A stretch of DNA of 64,000 nucleotides, taken from the NCBI GenBank assembly GCA_905178155.1, contig CAJINV010000006.1, forward strand, positions 4,113,709-4,177,708, in the 5' to 3' direction. The translations under genes were made by a program, and so were the position numbers. This DNA comes from Amoebophrya sp. A120. Taxonomy: Eukaryota; Protista; Dinoflagellata. The notes beneath the pieces are model-generated. The model was not told the origin of the DNA. It did not search any database and worked only from the letters and a program-made list of their open reading frames with translations. This document shows positions 24,018-36,697 of this stretch, one piece after another. Every line of letters begins with the position of its first letter. The first letter of the stretch is position 1.

Positions 24018-26677
24018 TCAGAAAAATTGTCGAAAATCATCCCTTCTCCTCGTCCGACCGGGCTCGGTTCTATCCGGGACCTCCCCCGCCCGGACTCCCG
24101 GGCTAGCGGTCCCGACGAGCTGCGGCTCGCCTATGGAAGTGTCAGAATCGAAATTGGCAAAATCGAAAAATTTGTGATGCACAAAATCGATGCCAGTTGG
24201 AGCCTCAGTTTCCACGTGGCGCATGACAAATTTCGGGAGCACCCAAATCCAGTCTGTCATGCTGTTTGGGCAAAGAACGCTGCTCCTGTCATGCTACTCT
24301 GGCAGCACATTGCGTACCCCTAAACAGGCTTACAATCGGCCTCATATGCCTGCTCCCCAATACAGGCCTTCAGTGCTCTACATTTTACGCATCACAAATT
24401 TTTCGATTTTCTCGATTTCGATCCTGACACATCCATATCGTCATCTGCACTAGAACTTTTCGCCGTGGTTAAAAAAACCGCTCCCAGAACTGCCGGCAAT
24501 GGCTATCAGAAGGAAACATCCCCCCTCCCCATATCGAAAACGAAATTTGTGTTGCTGTATTTGAGTACACAAATCACATTTGTCTGGCAGTAAAGGACTG
24601 CACGCAGATCGTAAGCCGAAGGGGGGCCCCTTGGTCTAGGGGACTAGCATGGCAGACGTCTGCCCTATAGGCCTTGCAGCATTACAGATCGCCTGCATAT
24701 CGTGGCGGAGTCTCTGAGTTTGCGCTCTTGCAAGAGAGACAGGATTTGTGGTCACAAATCAGCATCACAAACTTTTAGAAACATACCTTTTCAGTATGGG
24801 GAGGGGGGATTTTTCCTTTTGATAATGGCATACCCGCAGCCGTTACCCCGTCTATCCACTGCAAATGTCGATCAGATCTGGGTCTGCAACAAACTTCAGA
24901 TGCAGGCTGGACAAAAATCATGAGCACCCCGCACTTGAAGACCAAGGAGCATACGTCGTTTCTCTAACTGCATGCCAGAAAATCAAAATTGGGGTGTAGG
25001 TGTAGAAGTTCGGGTACTTTTTATACGTGCATGATACACTTGAGTGTGGTCATGCTGGTCGAGCATGACAGACCTGGAATCATTCCAGAGCCAGATCGAT
25101 ATTTGCAATACATACCGTCCAACGCGTGGCAGAGTATCCTATCGTAATTCCCAATACAGAAATATGGAATAGGACAGTTGTGTTCCTTCTTGCCATGCAC
25201 TTTATCATTATTTCCACTTTCAAACTATTCTAGATCGAATTTGCTAAAAGTAATTGTGCATGACAAAGACCACTTCTGTCAATTCCATAATTCGAAGTGG
25301 GACACGCAGCCGGGATGTCCCGGCCGGACTTCGTCAAAATCGAACACCTATGCACTGCAAATATGTTTGTCTGGGTCTGGAAACCTGTGATGCTGAATTG
25401 AGCATGAAAGAAGCGCTTCCAATGGCAGCCAAGCACGACAAGTTTTTGAGACAGTTCTGTTGATGCCTAGCACGCATCACAAATTGACTTTTTGCATGAC
25501 AAAGGAACCTGCTCTTTTGCTGCTCATGCAACACAGATTTTCCAGGAATGCAAGACACGCATCACAAGTTCCACTTTTCCAGACCCAGACATTTTTGCAT
25601 TTAATAACACCAAACCTGAGCCGTTTTCAAAACAGAGTCTGTGAAGATGCACACCTGGTGGACAGTCCGAGCCCTATCTGTGGTCAAGGTCAACATGCAC
25701 TCAAACCTAATAAGTACCAATAAATAGAAGCACAATATATTATACCTTGTTTCAGCACGTTCTGGGGACATTGCCCCTGGCAAGTGGACCAGCAGCGATA
25801 TGACAGTGCACAACTCCCCCTCCCCCTCATCTGGATGTTGGCATCCACAGCAACACGAGCGCTGGCACAGATGCGGCTTTTGCATCACAAATTGTTCACG
25901 ACCGACTCTAGTGCTGTCTTGGCTTCGAGAATCTGTGCTGGAAGCAGTGTCACAGGGCGAAGGGTGGGTTTGGCATTTTGCATGACAAATGAGGGGGAGG
26001 GGGAGTTGTGCACTCTGGTAAGCGATCACCCGCCGATAAAACCCCGTCCTCCAAATCTTCACACAGCGGCGCGACCGGCGACTCCGGGTGCGCCTGCATG
26101 GTGGACGCCTCCTTCCAGTCCAGCGTTTCGTCTTGCTTTGCCGCGGTCGCTATGCAAACGAAAAAGTGTTTAGACTCACACATGATTCTGGCGCAGGCCA
26201 AGCAAGACAAAAAAGGCTAGCCAACTACATGCCGGATATGCATAGGCGCTGCGAGCCTTGTTCTTCTTTTATACGTAGGCTGGTATAATTTCTATTTTTT
26301 TCTCATAGAAGCTGAAGCATCTCTGCGTTTTACAAATTTTCTCTTTCTTCCTTCAGACAAAATCTGTGTTGCTGCATTGACCACAGCAAATGTCGTGTAT
26401 TAAATAAACTGTAACACTTTTTTCGTGCGATAGCCGCCGCGTCTTCCACACTGTCGAAGGCGGTTTTTACGACTGCGGGGTGAAGAACTGTGTGGTGCAA
26501 GAAGGGCACGGCACGACTGGATGTACTGATGGCTCTCGCAAAAGAACCGCTCGCAGATGAAGCTGCATTTCCGGCCGGTCGAGCAGCTACAAGGCTGTCG
26601 AAAAACGACGTCGCGTGGATTTGGATCGGTGTCGTGGTGGAGCCCCCGTGGTCGAACATTTTGTGCTGCTGAAACAA
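24018..26677 (-). CDS. Hypothetical protein split by introners; central junctions unresolved
   Basis: In-frame joins across 26151-26432, 25799-26020, 24853-25114, 24504-24824 and 24132-24437. Region 25135-25750 not resolved. Confidence 0.45.
24132..24437. mobile_element. TIR introner, family F (opposite orientation to the 3128 copy)
   Basis: TATGGAAGTGTCAG...CTGACACATCCATA; TSD TCGCC/TCGTC. Confidence 0.9.
24504..24824. mobile_element. TIR introner, family B
   Basis: TSD ATGGC. Confidence 0.92.
24853..25114. mobile_element. TIR introner, family G
   Basis: TATCCACTGCAAATGTCGATC...GATCGATATTTGCAATACATA; TSD CCGTC. Confidence 0.88.
25349..25606. mobile_element. TIR introner, family A
   Basis: TSD ACACC. 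Confidence 0.88.
25799..26020. mobile_element. TIR introner, family L
   Basis: GTGCACAACTCCCCCTCCCCCTCAT and its inverse; TSD AGCGA. Confidence 0.9.
26151..26432. mobile_element. TIR introner, family D
   Basis: GAAAAAGTGTT / AACACTTTTTTC; TSD GTCGC/GCCGC; excision in frame. Confidence 0.82.
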
Positions 26678-28194
26678 GCGGCGCTTTCTTCAAAACGCGC
26701 AAGAATGGATGAAAGAAATAGAAAATACTAGCCTCGCAGTACAACTCATCCTGAATAAAGCCAATAAGTTATTTTTGGCTTTCTACACATACTCAGGCTC
26801 TTCAGGTAAAAAAGAATGCTTTCTGAATATAGCTCCTTTCCTAGTTATTCGCAACGAAAGTTCTTGTTTTTGATCTCTATCCCTCCTCGTTCAACCACTA
26901 AGCGCGACCGCACTTTTTCGAGCGATGGTTGCGAAGACCAGACTATCACTCTGAAACTCTCTCGAAGAAGAGGAAAATGCTCCGATTCATTTTTCTGGTG
27001 GAATCACGAGGGCGATAAGCAAGAACTCCGCTCAAAAGCATCAAATATACGACAAACGAAAAATTGTAAGAACGCGACTCACCTGTAATCAGACTTGTAC
27101 CGTGCTGTGCAGAACTCAATTTTTTGGCCTCCGATAGACTACAACAGAAGGAGGCGAAACGTAACGAAGGCGCTTTTTTGGTAAAAATTTTCTCGTGCCA
27201 GAGTTGCGATGTTGAGGATTTTGCGATTTTGCAGCCAGCTTCTTGCGCTTCTAATTTTCTCTTCTTCTTTAAGATTAAGAAAATCCGCCACTAGTACTTG
27301 CAGCCAACCCTTCACGTACTTGTCTTTGAAGCCGAAGGGTGCGACCACCTCGGTGTTCCAATCTTCATCCGTTGCACACGAATAGAAACAGAATCGCGAT
27401 ACAGGTTGTCAAAGCTTAAGAAATTGAAATTATACTAAAACGATAGACCTCTCGACCCTAGAATTTCAGCTTGGCCACGGTTGATAGCTGTCATCAAGGA
27501 TAGTTTTCAACAATCAAATCGAGAGACTAGAATATACTCCTCGAGGACACCAGTACTCGAGGCAACTGCGCTAAACAAAGTAATCATAATTCGAAAAGGT
27601 ACTGAGTAAAAATAAAAATGGTAAACAACAAATACAATGTTCTGAAAAAACTTAAAAACAATGGTGAAAAAAATTATGATATCAAATGTAAAAATGTCTG
27701 GGTCTGGAAGATTCTGAGACTTGTCATGCATGTTTTGCATTGGCCATGATATCTGTGATGCATGCCCTAGCGTCACAGATTTTCTGAGGGCTTCGCGATG
27801 CCTATTCCGCATGACAAACAAGGTCCACGCGTGGGGACAGGGTCCCCACGCTGGGGCCTTGTGCGCATCCCTAGTGGCGCGAGTGGGAGAACATTGCTCG
27901 GCATCGCGGCGGACAGAGTCCGCCCTCGCCTCACATCAGGCGCGCGCGCAGTGGCTTAGTTCGCAAAGCGGTAGTGGGGGAAGGGTGTTCGGCATCAGTG
28001 CGGACAGTGTCCGCCCCTCGGCCTCGCCTCGCATCAGGCGCGCGCATAGTGGCTTAGTGCGCGAAGCGCTACAACCGGGCGCAGGGTGTTCCTTCGGCAG
28101 CGGGGCGGGCAATTCGAAACCACCCCGGGAAAAGCAGTCCGGTCTCAAAGTTAAAGCTGCCTTTGTGCATCACAGGTCGGAGACTTCCCTCTCA

Positions 28195-31100
28195 TAGCGG
28201 TATGGAATTTCTAAGCCGCCGCTGAAAATGAAACTCGATTGCAGCATTGCTTTTGTGCAATACAGATCGGAGACTTCGTCTTCAGGATGGTAGGGAATTT
28301 CTACGCCGCCTCCTGCAGGAGCCAAGTCGATGGCGTAGAAATTCCATACCGCCCGGAAAAAGTAATGTCCGCTCTGTATTCCACAATCGCAGCCTTGCGA
28401 GGGGATATCTTTTCCAGGGGCGGCGCGGAATTTCTACACCCTCGCCTGGGCTCCCGCAGGACGCGGCGTAGAAAGTCCATACCGCCCGGGGAAAGAAATC
28501 TCTGCTCTGTGTTGCGCAAAAGCAACTTCGGGGCCGGATTTCTTTTCCGGGGCGGTATGGAATTTCTACGCCCCTTCCTTGGCTCCCGCAGGACGCGGCG
28601 CGGAATGTCCATACCGCCCGGGAAAAGAAATCTCCGATCTGTGTTGCGCGAAAGCAACTTCGGGGCCGGATTCCTTTCCCAGGACGGTATGGAATTTCTA
28701 CGCTCCTGCCCCGGCTCCCGCAGGACGCGGCGTAGAAAGTCCATACCGCCCGGGGAAAGAAATCTCCGATCTGTGTTGCGCAAAAGCAACTTTGGGACGG
28801 GATTTCTTTTCCAGGGCGGTATGGAATTTCTACGCCCCTTCCCTGGCTCCCGCAGGACGCGGCGTAGAAAGTCCATACCGCCCGGGAAAAGAAATCTCCG
28901 ATCTGTGTTGCGCGAAAGCAACTTCGGGGCCGGATTCCTTTCCCAGGACGGTATGGAATTTCTACGCTCCTGCCCCGGCTCCCGCAGGACGCGGCGTAGA
29001 AAGTCCATACCGCCCGGGGAAAGAAATCTCCGATCTGTGTTGCGCAAAAGCAACTTTGGGACGGGATTTCTTTTCCAGGGCGGTATGGAATTTCTACGCC
29101 CCTTCCCTGGCTCCCGCAGGACGCGGCGTAGAAAGTCCATACCGCCCGGGAAAAGAAATCTCCGATCTGTGTTGCGCGAAAGCAACTTCGGGGCCGGATT
29201 CCTTTCCCAGGACGGTATGGAATTTCTACGCTCCTGCCCCGGCTCCCGCAGGACGCGGCGTAGAAAGTCCATACCGCCCGGGGAAAGAAATCTCCGATCT
29301 GTGTTGCGCAAAAGCAACTTTGGGACGGGATTTCTTTTCCAGGGCGGTATGGAATTTCTACGCCCCTTCCCTGGCTCCCGCAGGACGCGGCGTAGAAAGT
29401 CCATACCGCCCGGGAAAAGAAATCTCCGATCTGTGTTGCGCGAAAGCAACTTCGGGGCCGGATTCCTTTCCCAGGACGGTATGGAATTTCTACGCTCCTG
29501 CCCCGGCTCCCGCAGGACGCGGCGTAGAAAGTCCATACCGCCCGGGGAAAGAAATCTCCGATCTGTGTTGCGCAAAAGCAACTTTGGGACGGGATTTCTT
29601 TTCCAGGGCGGTATGGAATTTCTACGCCCCTTCCCTGGCTCCCGCAGGACGCGGCGTAGAAAGTCCATACCGCCCGGGAAAAGAAATCTCCGATCTGTGT
29701 TGCGCGAAAGCAACTTCGGGGCCGGATTCCTTTCCCAGGACGGTATGGAATTTCTACGCTCCTGCCCCGGCTCCCGCAGGACGCGGCGTAGAAAGTCCAT
29801 ACCGCCCGGGGAAAGAAATCTCCGATCTGTGTTGCGCAAAAGCAACTTTGGGACGGGATTTCTTTTCCAGGGCGGTATGGAATTTCTACGCCCCTTCCCT
29901 GGCTCCCGCAGGACGCGGCGTAGAAAGTCCATACCGCCCGGGAAAAGAAATCTCCGATCTGTGTTGCGCGAAAGCAACTTCGGGGCCGGATTCCTTTCCC
30001 AGGACGGTATGGAATTTCTACGCTCCTGCCCCGGCTCCCGCAGGACGCGGCGTAGAAAGTCCATACCGCCCGGGGAAAGAAATCTCCGATCTGTGTTGCG
30101 CAAAAGCAACTTTGGGACGGGATTTCTTTTCCAGGGCGGTATGGAATTTCTACGCCCCTTCCCTGGCTCCCGCAGGACGCGGCGTAGAAAGTCCATACCG
30201 CCCGGGAAAAGAAATCTCCGATCTGTGTTGCGCGAAAGCAACTTCGGGGCCGGATTCCTTTCCCAGGATGGTATGGAATTTCTACGCTCCTGCCCCGGCT
30301 CCCGCAGGACGCGGCGTAGAAAGTCCATACCGCCCGGGGAAAGAAATCTCCGATCTGTGTTGCGCAAAAGCAACTTTGGGACGGGATTTCTTTTCCAGGG
30401 CGGTAGGGAAGTTCTACGCCCCTTCCCTGGCTCCCGCAGGACGCGGCGTAGAAAGTCCACACCGCCCGGGAAAAGAAATCTCCGATCTGTGTTGCGCGGA
30501 AGCAACTTCGGGGCCGGATTCCTTTCCCAGGATGGTATGGAGTTTCTACGCTCCTGCCCCGGCTCCCGCAGGACGCGGCGTAGAAAGTCCATACGGCCCG
30601 GGGAAAGAAGTCTCCGCTCTGTGTTGCGCAAAAGCAACTTTGGGACGGGATTTCTTTTCCGGGGCGGTATGGAATTTCTACGCCCCTTCCCTGGCTCCCG
30701 CAGGACGCGGCGTAGAAAGTCCATACCGCCCGGGAAAAGAAATCTCCGATCTGTGTCGCGCGCAAGCAACTTCGGGGCCGGATTCCTTTCCCAGGACGGT
30801 ATGGAGTTTCTACGCTCCTGCCCCGGCTCCCGCAGGAGGCGGCGTAGGAAGCCCATACCGCCCGGGGAAAGAAATCTCCGATCTGTGTTGCGCAAAAGCA
30901 ACTTTGGGACGGGATTTCTTTTCCAGGGCGATATGGAATTTCTACGCCCCTTCCCTGGCTCCCGCAGGGCGCGGCGTAGAAAGTCCATACCGCCCGGGAA
31001 AAGACATCGCCGATCTGTGTTGCGCGAAAGCAACTTCGGGACCGGATTCCTTTCCCGGGACGATATGGAATTTCTACGCTCCTGCCCCGGCCCCCGCAGG

Positions 31101-32197
31101 AGGCGGCGTAGAAAGCCCATACCGCCCGGGGAGAGAAATCTCCGATCAATCTCTGTTGCGCAAAAGCAACTTTGGGACGGGATTTCTTTTCCAGGGCGAT
31201 ATGGAATTTCTACGCCCCTTCCCTGGCTCCCGCAGGGCGCGGCGTAGAAAGTCCATACCGCCCGGGAAAAGAAATCCCCGATCTGTGTTGCGCGCAAGCA
31301 ACTTCGGGACCGGATTCCTTCCCCGGGACGGTATGGAATTTCTACGCTCCTGCCCCGGGCGGCAGGCTCCCGCAGGACGCGGCGTAGGAAGTCCATACCG
31401 CCCGGGGGAAGAAATCTCCGATCTGTGTTGCGCAAAAGAAACTTTGGGGCGGGGTCTCGTTTCCAGGGCGGTATGGAATTTCTACGCCCCTTCCCTGGCT
31501 CCCGCAGGACGCGGCGCAGAGAGTCCATACCACCCGGGGAAAGAAATCTCCGATCTGTGTTGCGCAGCAGCAACGCTGGGACGGGATTTCTTTTCGAGGG
31601 CGGTATGGAATTTCTACGCCCCTTCCCTGGCTCCCGCAGGACGCGGCGTAGAAAGTCCATACCGCGGCCCGGGAAAAGAAATCTCCGATCTGTGTTGCGA
31701 TGCGCGGAAGCAACTTTGGGGCCGGATTTCTCTTCCAGGGCGGCATTGAATTTCTACGCCCCTGCCTCGGCTCCCGCAGGACGCGGCGCAGAAAGTCCAT
31801 ACGAACCGCCCGGGGAAAAAAATCTCCGATCTGTGTTGCGCAAAAGCAACTTTGAGACCGGGCTCCTTTTCCAGGATGGCATGGAATTTCTACGCCCCTG
31901 CCTTGGCTCCCGCAGGGCGCGGCGTAGAAAGTCCATACCGCCCGGGGAAAGACATACCCGATCTGTGTTGCGCAAAAGCAACTTTGGGGCCGGATTTCTT
32001 TTCCGGGGCGGTATGGAGTTTCTACGCCCCTACCCTGGAGCCCGCAGGACGCGGCGTAGAAAGTACATACCGCCCGGGGGAAGAAATCTCCGATCTGTGT
32101 TGCGCAAAAGCAACCTTGGGACCGGATTTCTTTTCCAGGGCGGTATGGAATTTCTACGCCCCTGCCTTGGCTCCCGCAGGACGCGGCGTAGGAATTC
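28195..32197. repeat. Satellite: 132-bp palindromic monomer with a 264-bp higher-order dimer, about 30 monomers
   Basis: 44-aa periodicity in the spanning ORFs; identical lines at 28681 and 30001 (5 x 264 bp); homogeneous core with degenerate edges. Confidence 0.97.
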
Positions 32198-32561
32198 TTC
32201 GCCAGGAACGTCCGCCCCCCGCCTCACACCAGGCGCGGCGCGCGTAGCTAGTGACTTAGTTCGCGGCGCGCTAGTGGGGGGAGGGTGTTTGCCTGTCGTG
32301 GCCACCTGCCGCAGACAAATGTCGCGGCCACCTCTCGCGGCCACCTGTCGCGGTCACCCTGTGTGTCGGAGGGTATGCGTTACCAGAACCCGGAAGGCTT
32401 TTCTATTTTTGAAAAATAGAGAGCTGCGCAAAAAGTTACTCTTTGCGTTTGCGCATGGCGATGGCAAACATGCTCGAAATAAATTCGAACTTCTTTGCTG
32501 CAGCGGAGGTCGCAGCTTTATGGTTTATTTCTGAGAAGGAAAAACGAATCTGACGAGGCGC

Positions 32562-33207
32562 CCGGGTTCTGTAACTGTAATCAGACACCCCAGGCGACAG
32601 GGGGCGGCGACATGTGGAGGCGACAGGCGACGGCGACAGGTGTGGCGACAGGTGAGGCGACAGGCAGAACGACAGGCAAAACGACAGGCGAAGGGACAGG
32701 CGGCGGCAACAGGCCAACAGTGCCAGCTTTTATTTCTTTGACGCGGTTCCGCACCAGCAGCAGCAACAAAAAAACCAAGAGCCCTTTTTATTTCCGAGAA
32801 GAAAAAAGCAGCTCTTTCATTTTTATTCACACGCAAAAAATAACTTATTTCCGAGAAGAAAAAAGCAGCTCTTTTATTTCTATTCACACGCAAAAAAAAG
32901 CTATCACGCTTCGGATATTATGAGTAAATTAATTATTTTTTGCGCGTGAATATTTTTGAAAATAACAGAGATGCTTTTTTCTTCTCGGAAATGAATGACT
33001 TTTTGCTTTTTTGTTGTTGCTGCTGCTGGCGCTGAACCGCATGAGAAGTTGCCGCTTTTGGCCTGTCGTCGGCGCCTGTCGTTTCGCCTCTCCTTTCGCC
33101 TGTCGCTTGGCCTCTCCTTTCGCCTGTCGTTTCGCCTGTCGCCGTCACCTCTCGGCGTCACCTGTCGCCGTCACCTGTCGTCTGGGGTATGTGATCACAG
33201 AACCCGG
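32562..33207. repeat. Foldback inverted repeat with 12-bp CGACAGG minisatellite arms
   Basis: CCGGGTTCTGT...GCGACAGG repeats on the left; CCTGTCG repeats...ACAGAACCCGG on the right; centre near 32915. Confidence 0.8.
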
Positions 33208-33400
33208 AAGTCAAGCAATATAAATATTAATGCCCTCTCCGCGTAGCCAAAATTGCATTGCCTTTGCTGCTCATGCAATACAAATTTTTTTGGAATCCAA
33301 ATTCAGCATCACAAGTTGCATTCTTCATCCAGACCCAGACATTTTTACATTTCATATATGAAAAAGCCAACCAGTGGCTTCATCAGCCCGCCTGTTCCAA

Positions 33401-33653
33401 TATCAAATGTAAAAATGTCTGGGTCTGGAAACTTGTGATGCTGGCTGGCGTCTCAAGATGAGGCCACAAATGCTGGCTCAGCATGACAAGCTTCTGAGCT
33501 TCTAGGTGTTGCCTCTTCTGCATGACAAACTGCGTTCCTGCATCACAGAAAAATGGAGCTCTTGGGTTAACGTGCATGACAGATCTAAGGGTAATGCCAG
33601 ACAAGCATGACAAACATGCATTCTTCCAGACCCAGACATTTTTACATTTGATA
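33401..33653. mobile_element. TIR element, family A
   Basis: TSD TCCAA; host frame unresolved. Confidence 0.92.
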
Positions 33654-34242
33654 TCCAAATTATGGTTTGAACCGCCCCGAGTTGTGCTCGTATCCTGCCC
33701 GGGATACAATTTGTTTTCGCCGTGTGCTTCTGCTTCTCTTTTATTTAGCATTAGCAATCAAATTCTCTAAGTAATTGTAATCCGTCTCCCATGTAGTTCA
33801 TCATCGAGATGTCGCTTTGAAAAAATAGGGCAGCTACGTACACCCTGTATCTTTAATACTTTTGAAAAAAAACCGGCAAAAAAGTAGTGGTAAACAAAAT
33901 CATGACGTGGGCAAGGATAATTCAAGCGGTGGTCCATTTCAAAATCATCATACACTGCCACTAGAATATCAGCTTGCACCACGCCAATCACGATAAGAGG
34001 CTGAGTACAGGTATAGTCAAAATGTCGTCGGCATAAAAAAAAAAGTGGATTTTATTCTCAAGGGGCGGGGGTTAGTCTTAGTACGGTGGAGAAAGGCAAA
34101 CAATAACTACAAAAACGAATTGGCAAGAACAATGAAACTCCTTGTAAAAAGGAGTAGCGAGCTCGTCCTCTAGTGCTATAAAATAAGTGTACAAATAAAT
34201 CCTGCACGTCGCAGCAGACACAGGAGTACAGCACAAACCGCT

Positions 34243-36664
34243 TTACAATTCCGAATAGTCGTAGCGCAGCATTTATGAACTGCAAAAGTATCGCACTCGT
34301 ATAAATGCATTACAAATTTCCTCAGCATGAGAAATAAAATTTGTAATGCTGATTTACCTGAAAAACAAGATTTGTAATGCAGGATTGCAATACGAGCACG
34401 ATACTTTTGCAGGGGATAGCATCTTGTCCAGTTGTCGCAAAGCCCGGACATCATTCTCCTCCGGGGACAGTAGTTCCCCGTTCGTTCCGTAACCCACTTA
34501 TCGAAAGGAAAAACCCCCCCTCCCCATATCACAACGAAATTTCTGATGCTGGATTTGTGTATACGAATGCGCTTTGCTTTGCAGGACGGCACTGCGGCCA
34601 GATCCCCAGCCTGGGTAGGGGCGTCTGGGTCTGGTTGTTCAGCATGGCAAATGGCTCCCCCTTAGGCCCAACAGCATGACAAATCGCTTCCATAATGGGG
34701 CGGAAGCTTCTGCCCTTGTCTTCTTGCAAGACAAATGCGATCTGTGACCTCAAATCAGCAACACAAATTTTCGAAAACATACCTTTTCAATATGGGGAGG
34801 GGGACTCTTTCCTTTCAATACCATTAACCGGATCTTTTTGTCCTTTTTCTTCTTCTTCTCGGTCTTTTTCGAAGTAATCACCTGTATGCATGGCAAAAGC
34901 AACGCACAACTAGTATAAATTGCATTACAAATTTGATCAGCACGATAAATGGAATTTGTCATGCTGATTTGCTTTGGGAACAAGATTTGTAATGCAAGAC
35001 TTGCATTTATACGAGTGCGATACTTTTGCAATGGCATAATCTCCTCCACGTCCTGATTTTTCCTTCTCTCCTCGGAAATCTCCCGCGCCCGCTTCGCCTC
35101 ATATCAACTACAAATACGTCTGGGTCTGGAAGATAATTCCGAGACTTGTCATGCAGTTTTCCCAAGCTCCGCCAAGTCTGGAATGCAGGGCCTGGCGTCA
35201 CAGGTTCTGCAGCCCGCCCTTGGTGATGCCTATTCTGCATGAGAAAAGCCCTCTCAGAAATGGCCAGAATAAATGGGGACCACTTGCAAGTCATGCAACA
35301 CAGATTTTTGTATGATCCGCGACACGCATCACAAGTTCGCATCCTTCCAGACCCAGACACTTTTGCAGTTGATACCTCATCGGACTGAAACAAACCGGCA
35401 AGCTGGCGCATGGAGTCCTTCTGCGCGTTCGCTAGCCGTTATCAAAAGGAAAAACGTCCCCACCCCATAGTTGTCATGCAGATCTGCATGGTAAAAATGT
35501 GCCTCATGCGGAGACCTATGCGAAGCATTTTCTATTCGCGTTTTGACGTTTGTGATGCTAAAATCAGCATGCTATGCTAGATCTGTTATGATTCTTAAGT
35601 AGCTAAACAGGATTACACTACGCGGACAAACTTGTCATGCCAAACAACCAAAGCTGGCCGATTTGTCTAGCAGATTCCCCATCTTGACTCTGATGCGAGG
35701 ACGTTTTTCCTCGCGATAGCCGTTCCTTGTAACTCATGCTGCTCATCGGGTTGTGGTAGGTCGCGGGATCCAGTTTGTTGTAGCCATAAGCATCCGCTGT
35801 CGTGAATTTTTTCTCCAAAGCCTCCGCGTCGATCTGGATGGGGATTTCCTCCGGGATATTCGACCGCTGATGCTGAATTTTCCCTTTCAGGGTTGCTTGG
35901 ATCCCGGCTGCAGAAGAGTTGTCGACGTCTTGACTGCTGTAGATCCCGGCGACGGCATCGTAGACTTTTTTGTTGCCCTTGCTCCCCGACTCCGGTAAAA
36001 CTGGCGAATCGTAGGGGAAGAGCGAGTTTTTCTCTTCCTTTTCTTTTTTCTTCTTCTTCTCCTTCTTCTCCTTTGTCCGCGGGGTTTCGGATTGGGGTTG
36101 CGAAGTGGAGGTTGGTGTGGATAGTTGTAGTACTTGTTCCTGATAATGATCATGATGCCCTACTGCCACACCGGGTTGCGCGGAGGCGAGAATTTGGCTT
36201 GCGGTGGTGGAGAAATCAACGGCGAAATGCTCCGTCGCTGGACTGTTTTGTTGGTTATGGTTTTGTTGGTTTTGCTGCTGCTGCTGCTGCTGCTGCTGCT
36301 GAGATTTTCGCGTTTGCTGTTCGTAAGTGAGTTCTTGCTGGTCTTGCTGCTGCTGAGAGAATCGCACTACATCATTTTGAAGATCATTTTTGCCTCCAGG
36401 AGACGGAAGCTGCTGCTGCATTGACGCAGACGCTCGCGCTCCTGGGATTACAGTGTTAGAAAAGTTCTGGTCTTGGTCAGCAACCCCAGTTTGGTGTAGT
36501 TGACTTTTTCTCTTTGTCGCTGTGGTCGTCGTCGCAGTACTATCTACACGGTCGCTGGGGTCTTGGGGGTTAAGGTTGGTGGTGTCTGGTGGAAGAGCTG
36601 TCGGAGTTTTCTTGACTTGTTGTTCCGTTGAACTTGTAGAAGTTGTATTTTTTGATGTTGCCAT
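34243..36664 (-). CDS. Hypothetical Q/K/T-rich protein with five introners
   Basis: Joined frame ...SYKERLANAQKDSMRQLAGLFQSDEAKRAREISEERRKNQDVEE...KKIRLMGYGTNGELLSPEENDVRALRQLDKMLRYDYSEL, stop at 34243. Confidence 0.75.
34274..34418. mobile_element. TIR introner, family E
   Basis: TSD GCATT/GCATC. Confidence 0.88.
34499..34820. mobile_element. TIR introner, family B
   Basis: TSD CCACT/CCATT; excision in frame. Confidence 0.9.
34885..35038. mobile_element. TIR introner, family E
   Basis: TSD ACCTG/ATCTC (3/5); excision in frame. Confidence 0.8.
35102..35374. mobile_element. TIR introner, family A
   Basis: TSD CCTCA; excision in frame. Confidence 0.92.
35440..35718. mobile_element. TIR introner, family C
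   Basis: TSD GCCGT; excision in frame. Confidence 0.9.
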
Positions 36665-36697
36665 TGATTTCTGGTACTCGACAGTCTCTCCCTTTTG

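Larger units (their letters stand above)
27680..33356. mobile_element. Family A element expanded to 5.7 kb by a nested satellite block (27819-33230)
   Basis: The two halves are colinear with the intact copy at 57978-58246 (...CCGCATGACAAA|TGCCCTCTCCGCGTAGCC); TSD TATGA on both sides. Confidence 0.88.

Noticed and set aside
25135-25320. Possible extra introner (TCCCA..TATGGAAT..GACAG inverted repeat)
   Set aside because: The inverted repeat is visible, but termini, TSD and an in-frame join could not be fixed.
28195-32197. CRISPR-like repeat/spacer look
   Set aside because: The spacers are identical between units, there are no cas genes, and the context is eukaryotic.
28239-32534. Four roughly 1000-aa ORFs on both strands
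   Set aside because: They are translations of the 132-bp satellite (a multiple of 3, lacking stops in several frames) with no domain signal.
33238-33256. CCGCGTAGCCAAAATTG as a second spliced-leader relic
   Set aside because: It is a normal internal part of family A (also near 58130) and does not match the SL 3' end.
26800-34200. Host gene around the 27680 and 33401 elements
   Set aside because: No long consistent frame on either strand after excision; left unannotated.
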